Positions 49,378 to 62,230 of a stretch of DNA of 64,000 nt are shown piece by piece. Each line of letters begins with the position of its first letter. Within the stretch, counting starts at the first letter, position 1. The notes beneath the pieces are model-generated. The model saw only the letters and a list, made by a program, of their open reading frames with translations, was not told the DNA's origin and searched no databases. The stretch covers positions 43,152,001-43,216,000 of the forward strand of contig NC_043006.1 in NCBI RefSeq assembly GCF_006345805.1, given 5' to 3'. Both the position numbers and the translations under genes were made by a program. The DNA comes from Octopus sinensis (lineage: Eukaryota).

Positions 49378-49523
49378 GGCACACGAGTGGCTGTGTGGTA
49401 AGAAGCCTGTTTCCCAACCACATGGTCCCGAGTGCAGTCCCACCAGATGACTTTACTATAGCCTTGGGCTGACCAAAACCTTGTGAGTGGATTTGGTTGA
49501 TGGAAACTGAAAGAATCCCGTTG

Positions 49524-49584
<61 letters not shown>

Positions 49585-49792
49585 GTGTCTGTTTGTCCTC
49601 CCATCACCACTTGACAACTGGTGTGGGTATGTTTACATCCCCATAACTTAACTTAGCAGTTCAACAAAGAGACCGATAGACTAAGTACCAGGCTTGAAAT
49701 AATAAATACTGGAATCGATTCATTCAACTAAAAATTCAAGGCAGTGCCCCAGCATGGCCGCAGTCTAATGACTGAAACAGGTAAAAGATAAG
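49378..49792 (+). mobile_element. SINE S1, full length
   Basis: Head, (TA)n and 3' half as in other copies. Confidence 0.82.
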
Positions 49793-50112
49793 AGATTAAA
49801 TATGTGTGTGAAATAATGTATATGATACAACATTATAGACTTCAAAGTCGCTGTCAAAACTATTCTTGTGAAAAAATAATAAATTTGTACTCTATAAAAA
49901 ATATTAGTATAAGGTTAAATTGTTTTTGTTGTAGCTCAACATAAAACAAACATTAATATATACAGGTGTGTATGTGTGTGTGTATGCGCACTCGTTTATG
50001 TATGTATGTGTATCCTATTGAAGTGTAAAGCTGATAACTTGGTCATCTTCAGAGTCATGAAGAAAGAACCATATACATACACACACACACACACACACAA
50101 ATACATATATAT

Positions 50113-50730
50113 TAAACTATACTTTTCTACTCGAGGCACAAGGATCGAAATTTTGGGGAAGGGAGGCCAGTCAATTAGATCAACTCCAGTACACAACTGG
50201 TACTTAATTTATCTATTCAGAAAGGATGAAAGGCAAAGTCGACCTCGGCAGAATTTGAACTCAGGAGGTAAAAACAGACGAAATACCACTAAGCATTTCA
50301 CCTAGCATGCTAACGTTTCTGCCAGCCTGCTGCCTTAGAAATATAATACATTCTTTTCTACTCTAGGCACAAGGCCCATAATTTTGGAGGGGACCAGTCA
50401 ATTAGATCGACTCCAGTACATAACTAGTACTTTATCGATCCAGAAAAGATGAAAGGCAAAGTTGACCTCGGCGAAATTTGAACTCAGAACGTAAAGACAG
50501 ACGAAATACCTATTTCTTTACTACCCATAATGGGCTAAACACAGAGGGGGACAAACGGATTAAGTCGATTACATTGAACCCAGTGTGCAACTGGTACTTA
50601 TTTAATCGACCCTGAAAGGATGAAAGGCAAAGTCAACCTCGGCGGAATTTGAACTCATAATGTAACGGCAGACGAAATACCGCTATGCATTTCGCCCAGC
50701 TTGCTAACGTTTCTGCCAGCTTGCCACCCT
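50113..50730 (-). mobile_element. Multimer of SINE S2
   Basis: Three AAAGGCAAAGT blocks, with junction AAAGAAATA|GGTATTTCGTC on minus at ~50510. Confidence 0.8.
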
Positions 50731-51090
50731 ATATATATTAAAATATAACCATGCAATTGTGTCACTCTGTTTTACTAATAGTTTCAAAGAAACTCAGTGA
50801 AGTAGAGTTCTTACCACCAGACACAAGTTAACTCATACTATCAGTACATTTCAGCAGAGTGATATGTTTTAGGCACATAGAAAGTAGCTTTCATATCAGT
50901 TTGGGCTTTAAGTATTTGGTGGGAAACAAACATTTCGTTCTATTAACCACACACCACAAAATATGATCAAGTATACACAATTTTGAATAAACTCTCGATA
51001 GCCAAACTCTTGACTTGAATTGAATATAATTTTGAATTTCTTTTTAAATTAAGAAAAAAAGATGAAGAAAATAATGAAATTATACATGTG

Positions 51091-51435
51091 CATTATTTAC
51101 ATTTGACGGATATTTGTCCTAATCTTGTTTGTTGTCAACACAACGTTTTGGCTGATATACCCTCCAGCTTTCATCAGGTGTCACGGGCATATGGCGTAGT
51201 GGTTAAGGGCGCGGGCTACTAACCCCAAAATTCCGAGTGCAATTTCAGGCTTAATAATAATAACATCGAAAAATACCTTAGGAATGAGAATCCAGGTTCG
51301 AAATTTCCCCAAGACACCTGATGAAGGCTGGAGGGTATATCAGCCAAAACATTGTGTTAACAAAGATGAGGACAAATATCCGTCAAATGTAAATAATGTA
51401 CATAATTCCTCATCTCTTAAATATAGAACTGTATA
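51091..51435 (+). mobile_element. Complete tRNA-headed hammerhead retroelement with upstream inverted partial repeat (copy F)
   Basis: Inverted tail-less arm ~51091-51182; head GGGCATATGGCGTAGTGG from 51185; (AAT)n; full body to ...AAATATAGAACTGT (51432). 9 bp direct repeat ATACATGTG at 51082-51090 and 51436-51444. Both hammerheads carry G12>A. Confidence 0.9.
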
Positions 51436-53706
51436 ATACATGTGGTCTGTAAAAAGAGCATAAGCTACAGTCTTCTTCATAAACAAGGAAGAATTACAAA
51501 CTGATCTAAAGGCTTTAAAAAGCCAACCAAAACTTTTACTTAAATAAACATGCATTCATGCCACCATCATACTTTAGTATTCAAAGCGATTGGTAATGTG
51601 TGTCAGCAGAAGGATATCAAATTAGTACTTTAGTAAAGAAATGCCTTAAAAGTGAACAGATAATAGGATATAATTATCTATACACTCAGCGCCAGCTTTG
51701 CCAAAAAGAATAGAAATCATAACATCATTTATTTTTGCACTCTGGTTTTCATTAAATGTTAAGCTTAACATAATTAATCCTTCTGTAAGTTTAATAGATA
51801 AGCACTTTCCCACTAACCACAAATGCAGAAAATTTCAATCAATATAAAAGCTAGTTTCAGCTACATTGTTAACATGAAGAAAATTTTATCACACATGCTT
51901 ACTTCTACCACTAACTCTGATTCTTTATGTGTAAACAATAATACACTTGCCTTCTGAGTGAATCCAGTAATACAGAAGCCATTATACATGATGCAGAAAT
52001 TAGACCAATAAACCAGAACTTTGACACCAACCAGAAGTGTTATATTAGCACATGAGAAGGTGGATTCAAAAGAAGATGTTACAATCACATCTCTTTTGTC
52101 ATTAACATTGATAAACAAATTGTTACAAAGCTCTCAAGTTACAATTGGTCTTTAAGAGAAAAGGCTGTGAACTACAATATCAACTAGTGAATTGTTGGAA
52201 GATGTATACCTTATGTACATGGCAATGAAAAATATGGTCTTTGCACAGTTGAAAAACAACTGAATTCATTAGAACCAGAAACATATTTAAATCACAAATT
52301 CAAGACATTCAGTAATTGTAAACATGCTAATAAACATACGTAACTGGACACAGTCAGTTTGAATGAGACATTGTATTTATGCAGGCCTGGAATGTGATGG
52401 CTTGCATGCAGGATTTTAATGTCGTTAGTATTGATAGAAATTTGTTTTTCATTTACCATCAATTTCCTTATTCATTTAACCTGTTTTCAATTTCTATCGT
52501 TTCCTTCTTTTCTTGAACTAAGAAATTGTTATCAATTCATAGGTTATTTATTTTATGTTAACTCCCATCTATTTTATATTTTTCTTAATTTTTCAAAATT
52601 TTTAGAATCAATATTTAAAGAATATCCAGTGCAAATCAAGACAGTTCACTTTTCACTTTATGAACACATTTTGACAATTTAGATAAAGAAAATAAAAGTA
52701 CACATGAGACCCAAACATCCTTTAAAAATCGAAGTGAGTAGACAATAAAAACCAGCAGAGAAATATTACATCAATCACAATAGCCCTATTAAATATAAAA
52801 GTACAGCAATACACGTTAATGTCACCTCATTCAGAAGATGAAACTACGGAAAGCTAGAAACATTGATAATAGACTTAGGAACTTTACTGTTGCAAGCAAA
52901 CAGTAAGGAACTTTTCGAAAAACATTGTTAAAAGATACAGCTAGAACACAACTGTATATTCAATATAATATGTCTAAAAGAAAAGCTTTCACCTATTACA
53001 AATATAAAAAACCATACAATAGCAGAAAAAATGTAAGACAGAATACCGGAAGTAATTTATTGAATGACAAATACGCACATAAACCAAGAATATATATATA
53101 TATATAAATAAAAAAAAACGCACAAACAGAAATCCTTCAGAAAGATATCGACAAACCAGTAAGAAATATTTATTAAACAGTTATATTCGCAGCTCTTGAT
53201 AATATAAAGACATCTCTTTCACGACGATTAGACACAGGAATATAAATATATATATATATAAAAAAAAGGAAGCAAAATTTACTAAGCAAAAATCACCCTG
53301 TCCAAACAGGAAGATAAATTTCTTAACTTCTCACCAAATACAGAATGTCTTATGCTCTTCGACTTTAATACTAACTTCTACTTACAACCGAAATATAAAA
53401 AACAAACAAAAAAAATCTTGAAACCAAACTACTATACTAAGCTCTAGAAAATCTCAGAGATAAAAATACGATAAATTCAAAACTTACTCCGAGGCAAATG
53501 TAATAAACGTACATACTTACTCAACAATAACCGCATACATACATTTACACACACACACACACACACACATAATTGAAGATAGAGCCTTCTTCTGTAAAAA
53601 AGTGGCAAACACTATATATATATACATAAATATACACACACATATATATGTATATATATATATGTATATACATATACACACATATATATGCATGTGTGTG
53701 TGTGTT

Positions 53707-53748
<42 letters not shown>

Positions 53749-53772
53749 GAGTCAGAGAAAGAGAGAGATGTA

Positions 53773-53803
<31 letters not shown>

Positions 53804-53824
53804 GTATATGTATACATCTCTCTA

Positions 53825-53886
<62 letters not shown>

Positions 53887-54965
53887 TTAAGCACAATGTA
53901 CAAACGAAGAATGGTTAAAAATTAGTTGGTACTGAAGGCAAAGTAAAATAAGCAGATAAATGATAACGTTGAATAAGCTTATGAATTCTGTTTATCAGTA
54001 GTTTTATCCTTCGTGTAGGCCGATTCTTGCTTTTAGCTATTGAGAACCCTGCAGCTTATTCATGAATTATATTTTACAGAAGGACTAAATATATCTTCAT
54101 GAAATATATCGCATATGATTTCACATATGCAATTATTCAAAACCACGCTATGTCAGTGTTAGTGCTCTATAATGAATATTACACAACTTGATAAATAACC
54201 ACTTGAAACGTGCGTATTAAATACTTTCAAAATATTAATAAATGGTTCGTTATTTATGAAATATATACGTGTATGTATGTATGTATAGAAAAATGTAAAT
54301 ATGTTTACATATAAAAAGGTCCGACTTATACAGAATAGAAATGATACCAAGAATTAAAGGGGTTGAATAAGAGTTTTACGAATCCAACAGCTGTTTCTGG
54401 GGGCTTGGTGGTCTAAAATAATGATTGTCAATTGATTCCATCATTGGATAATACCATCCTCCGTCTTCAGGGAAGAAAACCTCAAATATAAAATTCTTCT
54501 CTGAAGGGAAGATATATATATATATATAGTAGAATGATAAAGAGCAAGTTCTTGGTACAGTATCATATATATTTGAAAAAATGAATAAAGATGGCTTTTT
54601 GGCGGGGATAATTTTTATTTTAATCTTGATAATAATATTTACAGTAAACTACTCTGATATGAGATTCAAGCTTCACGTAGCCATTTTCAAATTGAACTGT
54701 TTGAAAACAGCTACTTGAAGCTCGACACTCAAATCAGAGTAACTCACTGTAAACATTATTATTAGGATTAAAATAAAAATACGGCCCCCCCCCCACAAGC
54801 CATATCTACTCATTTTTCAAATATATTTATGTATGTGCATGTGTGTATGTATATATAATATATATACACACACACATACATACACACAATGAGAGTGTTT
54901 ATGTATTTTTTCAATGTTAGCATGAGTTAGGTGAGTATATGTGTGAGTGCATGTACATGTGACTG

Positions 54966-55021
<56 letters not shown>

Positions 55022-55187
55022 TATATATATATATATATATACATATATATACATCTATATGTGTATGTATCTATGTGTCTTCTTCAAATAATGCCATATA
55101 AACACCATATTAGCCTTGTATTTTTTATTCTATGTGTTCTTTGTCACATAGATATTATAACCGAATTTCACGGCTCTTCTCTGCCTC

Positions 55188-55310
55188 TTATTCAATAAAC
55201 ATCCGGATCGTGTTTGACGCTGTTTTAGACTCTGGCTTTTCAAATTTGAAATTTAAATTGGATGTAGATCCTTGCTTAAAACATGATTCTGGGAGTAATG
55301 CCAATGTAAT
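55188..55310 (-). CDS. Candidate terminal coding exon of an unidentified host gene (ITLALLPESCFKQGSTSNLNFKFEKPESKTASNTIRMFIE*)
   Basis: Acceptor TATTATTTTAG| on minus, 40 open codons then TAA, non-repetitive sequence, followed by several kb poor in TEs. No protein family is recognised. Confidence 0.3.
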   Translation of the reverse strand: MTLALLPESCFKQGSTSNLNFKFEKPESKTASNTIRMFIE

Positions 55311-55359
55311 CTAAAATAATACGCATAGATATATTCACACATGCATACATATATATATA

Positions 55360-56623
55360 TCAGGCTGAGTAAAAAGTAAGCAACGTTTTAAAACATGAAA
55401 TTCATCACAATATATTTCAACAATGTGGAAATATTATTCATCAAAGTAAGTACCATTACAATCAGTACAATTTTGCCAACGGGTTACAAGTTTGTTTATT
55501 CCGGTAACATATAAATCTGGAGTTCTGGAGCTGATGAACTCTTTGAACGTATTTTCAGAATCGGTTTGATTTTTGAACTCCTTCTTTTGCAGGAAACCAT
55601 CAAGGTGCTTGGAAAAGTGGTAATTGGTAGGAGAAAGGTCTGGGGAATAAGCTGGGTTGGTAAGAACTTTGTAGCCAAGTTCCCTCAACTTCTGGAGCAT
55701 CATTAGTGAAACGTGTGGTCGAGCAAGGCTATGAAGAATGATTGGCCCTCTTCTGTTGACCAGTCTGGAACTGAGGAGTAGTGGTTTTTCATTCATTTTG
55801 GCAATTTCCTAGCAGTATGTTTCTGCAGTAATAGTTTTTCCAGGTTTTAAGAAGTTATAGTACACGACCAAACAGTCACCATATCGTTCTTTTTAAAGAG
55901 CTCAAGTTTAGGGAAGGTTTTTGGTGCTTCATTTTGGTCCAACCACTGTGTAGAACATTTTTATCATTGTACAGAATCCACTTTCCATTGCAAGTTACAA
56001 TACGGCCAAGAAATGGATCGGTCTGGTTACGGAGAAGCGAGGAGCAAATTTCATATCAGCGCATTTTCTGATTTTCATTCAAATCATGTGGTACCCATTT
56101 GTTGAGCTTTTTCAATTTTCCGATCACATGCAAAATGATTGTAGGCAGTTTTATGGCTAACGTGAAGTCTTGCCAGTTCTCAAGTGGTTTTACATGGATC
56201 TTTCTCAATGACGGTCGTTAACTGACTGTCATTGATGACAGATGGGCGTCCACTATGCTCACGATCTTCAAGGCTCAGGTCTCCACTGTGAAATCGTTTA
56301 AACCATTTTCAAGCTGACCACTCACTGGTCATTTCTTCTCCAAACGTTTCGTTGATATCGCAAACAGTTTCAGCTGCTTTACATCCTTTTTTGAAGTTGA
56401 ATAGCAAAATTGCTTGAATATCGCGCTTTGACAAATCTATTTCAGATTATTGTAACAACAGATGAAAAAATATCAATGTTAATTCATTGATGCATTTGGG
56501 CAAGTCTATGTCTGTATTAGCAGACAATTGTGAAAAAATGTTTCTAAAAAATTCAAAACTCTGCAAAAATCCAGTACAAATTTGTCATGGTTCAAAAACG
56601 TTGCCTACTTTTACTCAGCCTGA
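55360..56623 (-). mobile_element. Full-length decayed mariner (cecropia/Hsmar1-like), 1264 bp
   Basis: TIRs TCAGGCTGAGTAAAAAGTAAGCAACGTTTT and AAAAACGTTGCCTACTTTTACTCAGCCTGA, with TA on both sides. C-terminal GPIILHSLARPH...YSPDLSPTNYHF...GINKLVTRWQNC. Confidence 0.92.
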
Positions 56624-57231
56624 TACATGCACCCACACCGCTAAATCTACAAGTTTCTTTTTTCATTCTGTCTGTTTATTTTCTATTATTCTTTTCTCTT
56701 GAAGAGAGTAAGCTCAAAACATAAAAGACTCTTTCATTTTCCCATGCATCAAACTAATACGCCTGCTTGTTGTTCACACACCTGTCTTCGTCTTTTGTTT
56801 TTCTACAAATTTCAACCATGTATATATTTATATATATATACACACACACAGACATACATTCAAACATATATATATCCGCGATATGCAATAAAAGCAATAT
56901 TAGATTAAAATTGCCATTTCTGTATGATACTTAATGCAAATTCATCATGAAAAGGCAAATTAACTGTGGCAGCCGCCTGGAGATAACATCTCTCATTGCC
57001 GTTCTGCTTTTAAATATACATATATTGATATATTGACACTGTCACCCCCAGTGCAGGATGATTTTGTCTACTACCGATATATTTCTTTTTAAACAAAGTA
57101 TGTTCATAGCTGATACTATCTCTGGATGAATACTGCAGTTAATTTTGCCTTTTTTCTGATATATATGCATGTGTGTGTGTATGTATGTATGTAAGTGTAT
57201 GAATATATGTGTATCTATGTATGTATATATT

Positions 57232-57265
<34 letters not shown>

Positions 57266-57298
57266 TATATATATATATATATATTATATATATATATT

Positions 57299-57347
<49 letters not shown>

Positions 57348-57380
57348 TATATATACATTCAATGTGTATAATGAATGTAG

Positions 57381-57670
57381 TGGAGGTGCAATGGCCCAGT
57401 GGTTAGGGCAGCGGACTCGCAGTCATAAGATCGCAGTTTCGATTCCCAGACCAGGTGTTGTGAGTGTTTATTGAGCAAGAACACCTAAAGCTCCACGAGG
57501 TTCAAGATGGGGTAAGTGGCAATCCCTGCTGTATTCTTTCACCACAACTTTCTCTCTTTCTTCTGTTGGCCTGCTTGCTTAGTTACCGGAGCGGCGTCCT
57601 TTCAAGGCTAAAACAATGCATTGTGACCAGCGATGTGTAGCAACATCTGATAGCCTGGTCGGCCATGGTG
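57381..57670 (+). mobile_element. tRNA-derived SINE (head related to 12516 family)
   Basis: TGGCCCAGTGG A box, GTTTCGATTCCC B box, then ATTGAGCAAGAACACC. Confidence 0.6.
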
Positions 57671-58170
57671 ATATACATTCACACACACAAATATACATTT
57701 ATACATAAGCACACACATAGTGAAAAGGTTAATTAAATGATCCATGTACTGTGTATTGATACACTTATGCGAGCGGAGGATTCAAAATATATTGTCTGTC
57801 TCCAAATCAAGGGAACTAAATGTTTGATGTTGAGCTATGGCAAATGAAGAATTCTTTAGAAGAATTCTAAATCTGAAAATAAACAAGAAATAATCAACAC
57901 CACCACTGAAAACAGCTTCCTCTATATGCATTACTCTATAATATGTGCGTCTGAAAAATTTGACAATGAAAGCGCTTACACACAGAATACAAAAATTTCC
58001 TTCTAAAAGGTTCGTGCCAATCTGTTTTCTAATATATTTTAAATACTAAATAATTTCCAGGAGAATCTTTCCACAAATATTTTGAATGAATCAAGTATTT
58101 TTTGCATAAATTTACACGCACGCACACACACACACACACACAAGCACGCACATACACACATATGTATATT

Positions 58171-58201
<31 letters not shown>

Positions 58202-58744
58202 GTGTGTGTGTGTGTTTGTAACTATGTATGTACATACATCCATACATATTCACACACAGACACACATATGCATATATGCACACATACACACACATTCACA
58301 CACATATACAAACACATACGTGTACACATGCATGTGTTTCCATTCTCAGAAACAGAAGTCAGCAATTCTAAGTGGAAGAAAGCTGAAATTAAACTAGAAG
58401 AGATGGTTTGGTAGAATAATTTTAAACATTTAGCCTGAAGAAGAAACTGGTTTTTCGTACTTAGAAATCCTGAAATCCGTAAAATCTCACGTTCGTCTTC
58501 ATTTCTATGTAAAAGAAAAAGCTTTACACTATTTCCATAAATAGGCAACATCATGAAGAAATACTTTAAATTCATAAAGATTTTACTAATCCATCCATAA
58601 ATAAATACATAGACACAGTGTGAAAAGATAAAGGATCTCAGAATCATGGAAATTTCATTGAAAGGGTTTTATAACGAAGGAAGAGTAAAGATTGGGGTCA
58701 GTGTGACCAAGCATGTAAAACTGGGCATAAAGCATTTTAGAAGA

Positions 58745-59235
58745 AGAAGAAGAAACAAGTATGGACTTGATTGAGCAAAAAATTGGTACGACCACAAACC
58801 TGAAGGCATCGTCGAAAATGGAAATGCAAAGATCCTATGGGATTTTATGATTCAGTGCGACCATAAGATAGAGAATAGGAAGCCAGACATAGTCTTAATT
58901 GAGAAATAAAGCAAATGATGTTGGATCATAGATATAGCATGCGCAGCTGACAACAAGGTATGCGATAAGGAAGAAAGAAAAGTCAAGAGATATGACAGGT
59001 TAGTTTGGGAAGTTAAGTAGTTGTGGTTGCTGAAAAAGGTGGTAGTAATACCAATAATTGTCGGAGCCCTGGGAACAGTTATCAAAAATCTTGAGAAGTA
59101 CGTGGAACAAATAGGGGCTGCAATAAGGGTGGACCACTTGCAGAAAACAGTACTTCTTGGAACCACTCAAATAGTCTGGCAGGTGCTTGAAAAATAAGAG
59201 GTGTTACCTTAGTTCACTGGTAGTGTACAGCTGGT
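58745..59235 (+). mobile_element. R4/Dong-type LINE RLE domain fragment
   Basis: WYDHKPEGIVENGNAKILWDFMIQCDHKIENRKPDIV...IPIIVGALG...LQKTVLLGTT with internal stops. It is followed by (AAT)n. Confidence 0.88.
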
Positions 59236-59304
59236 ACTGTAGTACATTTCCACCGTTAGAAGCTGTGCAAAGGCAATAATAATAATAATAATAATAATAA
59301 TTAT

Positions 59305-59657
59305 AACAAGAGTACTCAGAGAGTGCAAACTTCCACCAAGGCAACACCAATGTCCTCTCAATGATTAGCCAGGGAGTATTTTTAAAGTGAGAATATCTGA
59401 AATAAACTTGACTGCTCTCACAAATGAGAATACTAAAAATGAACCCGACCGCTCTCAAAAATTCAGTAAAGAAACAGTAAAAATAATCCAGAATCTTTGT
59501 CCTGTACTAGATCGATCCCAAAAGTCTAATCAGTTCATGCCAGTCATGAAGCCAAACATCCCTGAAAATTTCATCCATATCCATCCAGCGATTCTTGGAG
59601 ATACCTTGTTCACGGACAAACAAACAAATACCTCCGCCTTTGCTAAGACAGAGGTAA
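59305..59657 (-). mobile_element. DINE-1/HINE-like (non-autonomous Helentron-type) element
   Basis: Minus strand: 5' hairpin TACCTCTGTCT...AGGCGGAGGTA, (GTTT)nGTCC microsatellite, 3' partial copy of the subterminal repeat and short hairpin ACTC-TCT-GAGT. It sits in a T-rich site with no TSD. Confidence 0.55.
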
Positions 59658-59669
59658 TAATAATAATAA

Positions 59670-59930
59670 TAATAATCCCTTAAAATTTGAAATTGCCAGA
59701 ATTTGGAGTATGGAAACAGTAAAGGTTGTGCCTCTAGTAATGGGTGCATTGGGACCTGTAAGTATGGATAAACGGTTGGAAATTGGAATAGAATGTCCTG
59801 AAGAGCTTCTCCAAAAAATTTGCCTCTTAGGGACAGGAAAGATTATCAGGAGGGTTTTAAGCACTTGAAAGATTATTGAAAGCTAGTGGATACCTAAGGT
59901 TACAGGTAGTAACTCGCTACCCACATAAAT
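59670..59930 (+). mobile_element. Short R4/Dong-type LINE 3' fragment
   Basis: LKFEIARIWSMETVKVVPLVMGALG...LLQKICLLGTGKIIRRVLST* directly after (AAT)n. Confidence 0.8.
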
Positions 59931-59944
59931 TGTACAAGAATAAG

Positions 59945-61088
59945 AAAGAACCTGAGTCAAATCAACAACAACAACATTCCGAATACAACTAATCCCAGAT
60001 GCAGACGTACTGGAAACAAGCACAGGAAAAGTGAAGCGTATGAAAACCCTTGCTAAAACTGCTGTTTTAGATATTCTGACTGTTAAATGGCAAGAAAAAC
60101 CTCTCAATAGCAAAACCCAAAGAGGGCTAATAATATCGATGTTGACAAAGCCTTTACCCATCAATGGTTAGTGTCTTCTGGCTTAAAATCAGAGACAGAA
60201 GAGTTTATCATACCAGCCCAAGATTAATCGCCTGCCTACAGGAAGTTACGAGGCCCAAATCTTAAAGAACAGCAGTAACCCAAAATGACTTCTATGTAAA
60301 CAACAAAATGAAACCATCGATCATTTTCTCTCCATGTGTAGTCTTCTTGTGCCTACAGAGTAATTTGCAAAGACTTGGACCTACCTACCCCATGATAAAA
60401 AACTGATGAGACACAAAGCACCGCCAGTGCTTGAAAATGACATCTCCTTCCTTTGGAACTTCACCGTTCAAACTGACAGAAAGATAGATGCAAATAAGCC
60501 AGACATCATATTGAAGGATTTCAGACAAAAATCATGCCTCCTCATTGATATGACTGTCCCAATCGATATAAATGTATCTGTCAAGACCTACCAAAAACTG
60601 AGCAAGTATAAAGATCTTGAAACAGAAACTGGCAAAATGTGAAACATCAATACTAAAACAATACCTGTTGTCATAGGTTCCCTGGGAATGATAGCAAAAA
60701 GGGGCCGATTGCTACCTAGCTCAGACCCCAGGAAATCCAAAAATGGAAGAAATTCAAAAAATAGTATTCATGGGAACTGCTCATATGCTATGTAAAATGT
60801 TGTCTATTTAATCCGCAAAACATTTAGTCTGTAAACTGTGTTAAAATACTTTTAAATGTAGATAATAGCAATCACCTTTTACTATCATCTTATAATAAAT
60901 TACTTTTAAAACAAACTTTCAATTCACATTTGTTTTGACAGACATTCCCTAGAACAATGGTCTGTGCAAAACCAAACATATGGCACCCTAATCATAACAA
61001 TAACTTGAACTTCTAACTTGTTGTCTCTTGAGGTCTCTGGGCGAGACTTGGAGTCAACTTGAACAAAAACAAACCAAAACCAAACAAA
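59945..61088 (+). mobile_element. R4/Dong-type LINE 3' part (family A) with 3' UTR
   Basis: FLWNFTVQTDRKIDANKPDIILKD...LIDMTVP...KLSKYKDLE and IPVVIGSLG. The UTR matches 24634-24780 in reverse. Confidence 0.88.
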
Positions 61089-61090
61089 TA

Positions 61091-61140
<50 letters not shown>

Positions 61141-61199
61141 GGTGGTGGTGGTGGTGGTGGTGGTGGTGGCGGCGGCGGCGCTGCTGCTGATGCTCCACC

Positions 61200-62230
61200 T
61201 AAAAAGTGACACAGAGAGACTGTATGTACCAAGAAAAAGAGGGGAAGAGGACTGATTGGATGAGGACACAGCATTAGAGCAGAAGAAAACAACATAAGAT
61301 AGAATGTAAAAAATGCCACAGAACAACTGTTATTGGAAATAAGAAGGTCAGGCTTGTGTGGGATGGAAGATTGCAAAGATAAAGCACTGTACAAGGATTT
61401 ACAAATGAATGAAACTGAAAATAGGTGGATAAAGACAAGAATGCATGGACAATTTCATAGGGTTATTGAAGATATGACATGCAGAGAAAAAGGTTGGCTA
61501 TGAATGACCAACAGTGATTTAAAACCAGAAACGGAGGCTCTAATTTGTGCTGGCCAAGAGCAAGCATTAAGAATAGATGCACATCAGAAAGTGATAAGAG
61601 CAGAATTTGTGAATAAAATGGTGAAACCATATAGCATATTACTAGTCAATGTACCCCACTAGCTCAGAAATAATATAAGAGACGTCATGACAATATAGCA
61701 AGGATTGTCCATTGGACGTTTAGCAACAGGTTTGGACTTGATAGAGCAAAAAAGTGGTACGAACATAAACCCGAAGGCATCATCAAAAATGATAATGCAA
61801 ATATCCTGAGATTTTATGATTCAGTGCAACCATGAGATAGAGACAGTGTTAATTGAGAAAGAAAGCAAACGATGTTGGATCATAGATATAGTATGCCCAA
61901 CTGACAACAAGGTGTGCGATAAGGAAGAAAGAAAAGTCGATAGATATGAGAGGTTAGCTCGGGAGGTTAAACAGTTGTAGTTGATGAAAAAGGTGGTAGT
62001 AGTGCCAATAATTGTCTGCCCTGTGAACAGTGACTAAAAATCTTGAGAAGTACATGGAACAAACAGGGGTTGTAACAAGGGTGGAGCACTTGCAGAAAAC
62101 AGCACTGCTTGCAACCGCTCGAATACTCCGGATGATGCTCGAAAAATAAGGGGTGTTAACTTCATTCACTGGTAGTGAACAGCAGACACCGCAATACATG
62201 TCCAGCATTAGAAGCTATGCAACGATAATA
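61200..62230 (+). mobile_element. R4/Dong-type LINE 3' part related to 58745-59235
   Basis: MHGQFHR, LKPETEALICAGQEQAL, RRHDNIARIVHW and WYEHKPEG remnants. The 3' region aligns with 58760-59230. Confidence 0.85.

Noticed and set aside
51185-51250. tRNA gene (also 14909-14982, 3050-3118, 12516-12585, 57381-57450)
   Set aside because: A and B boxes are present, but there is no closing acceptor stem and the heads run straight into repeat bodies. These are SINE heads.
51861-52118. 85 aa minus-strand ORF in the TE-poor block
   Set aside because: No motif or splice support, and the length is compatible with chance in AT-rich DNA.
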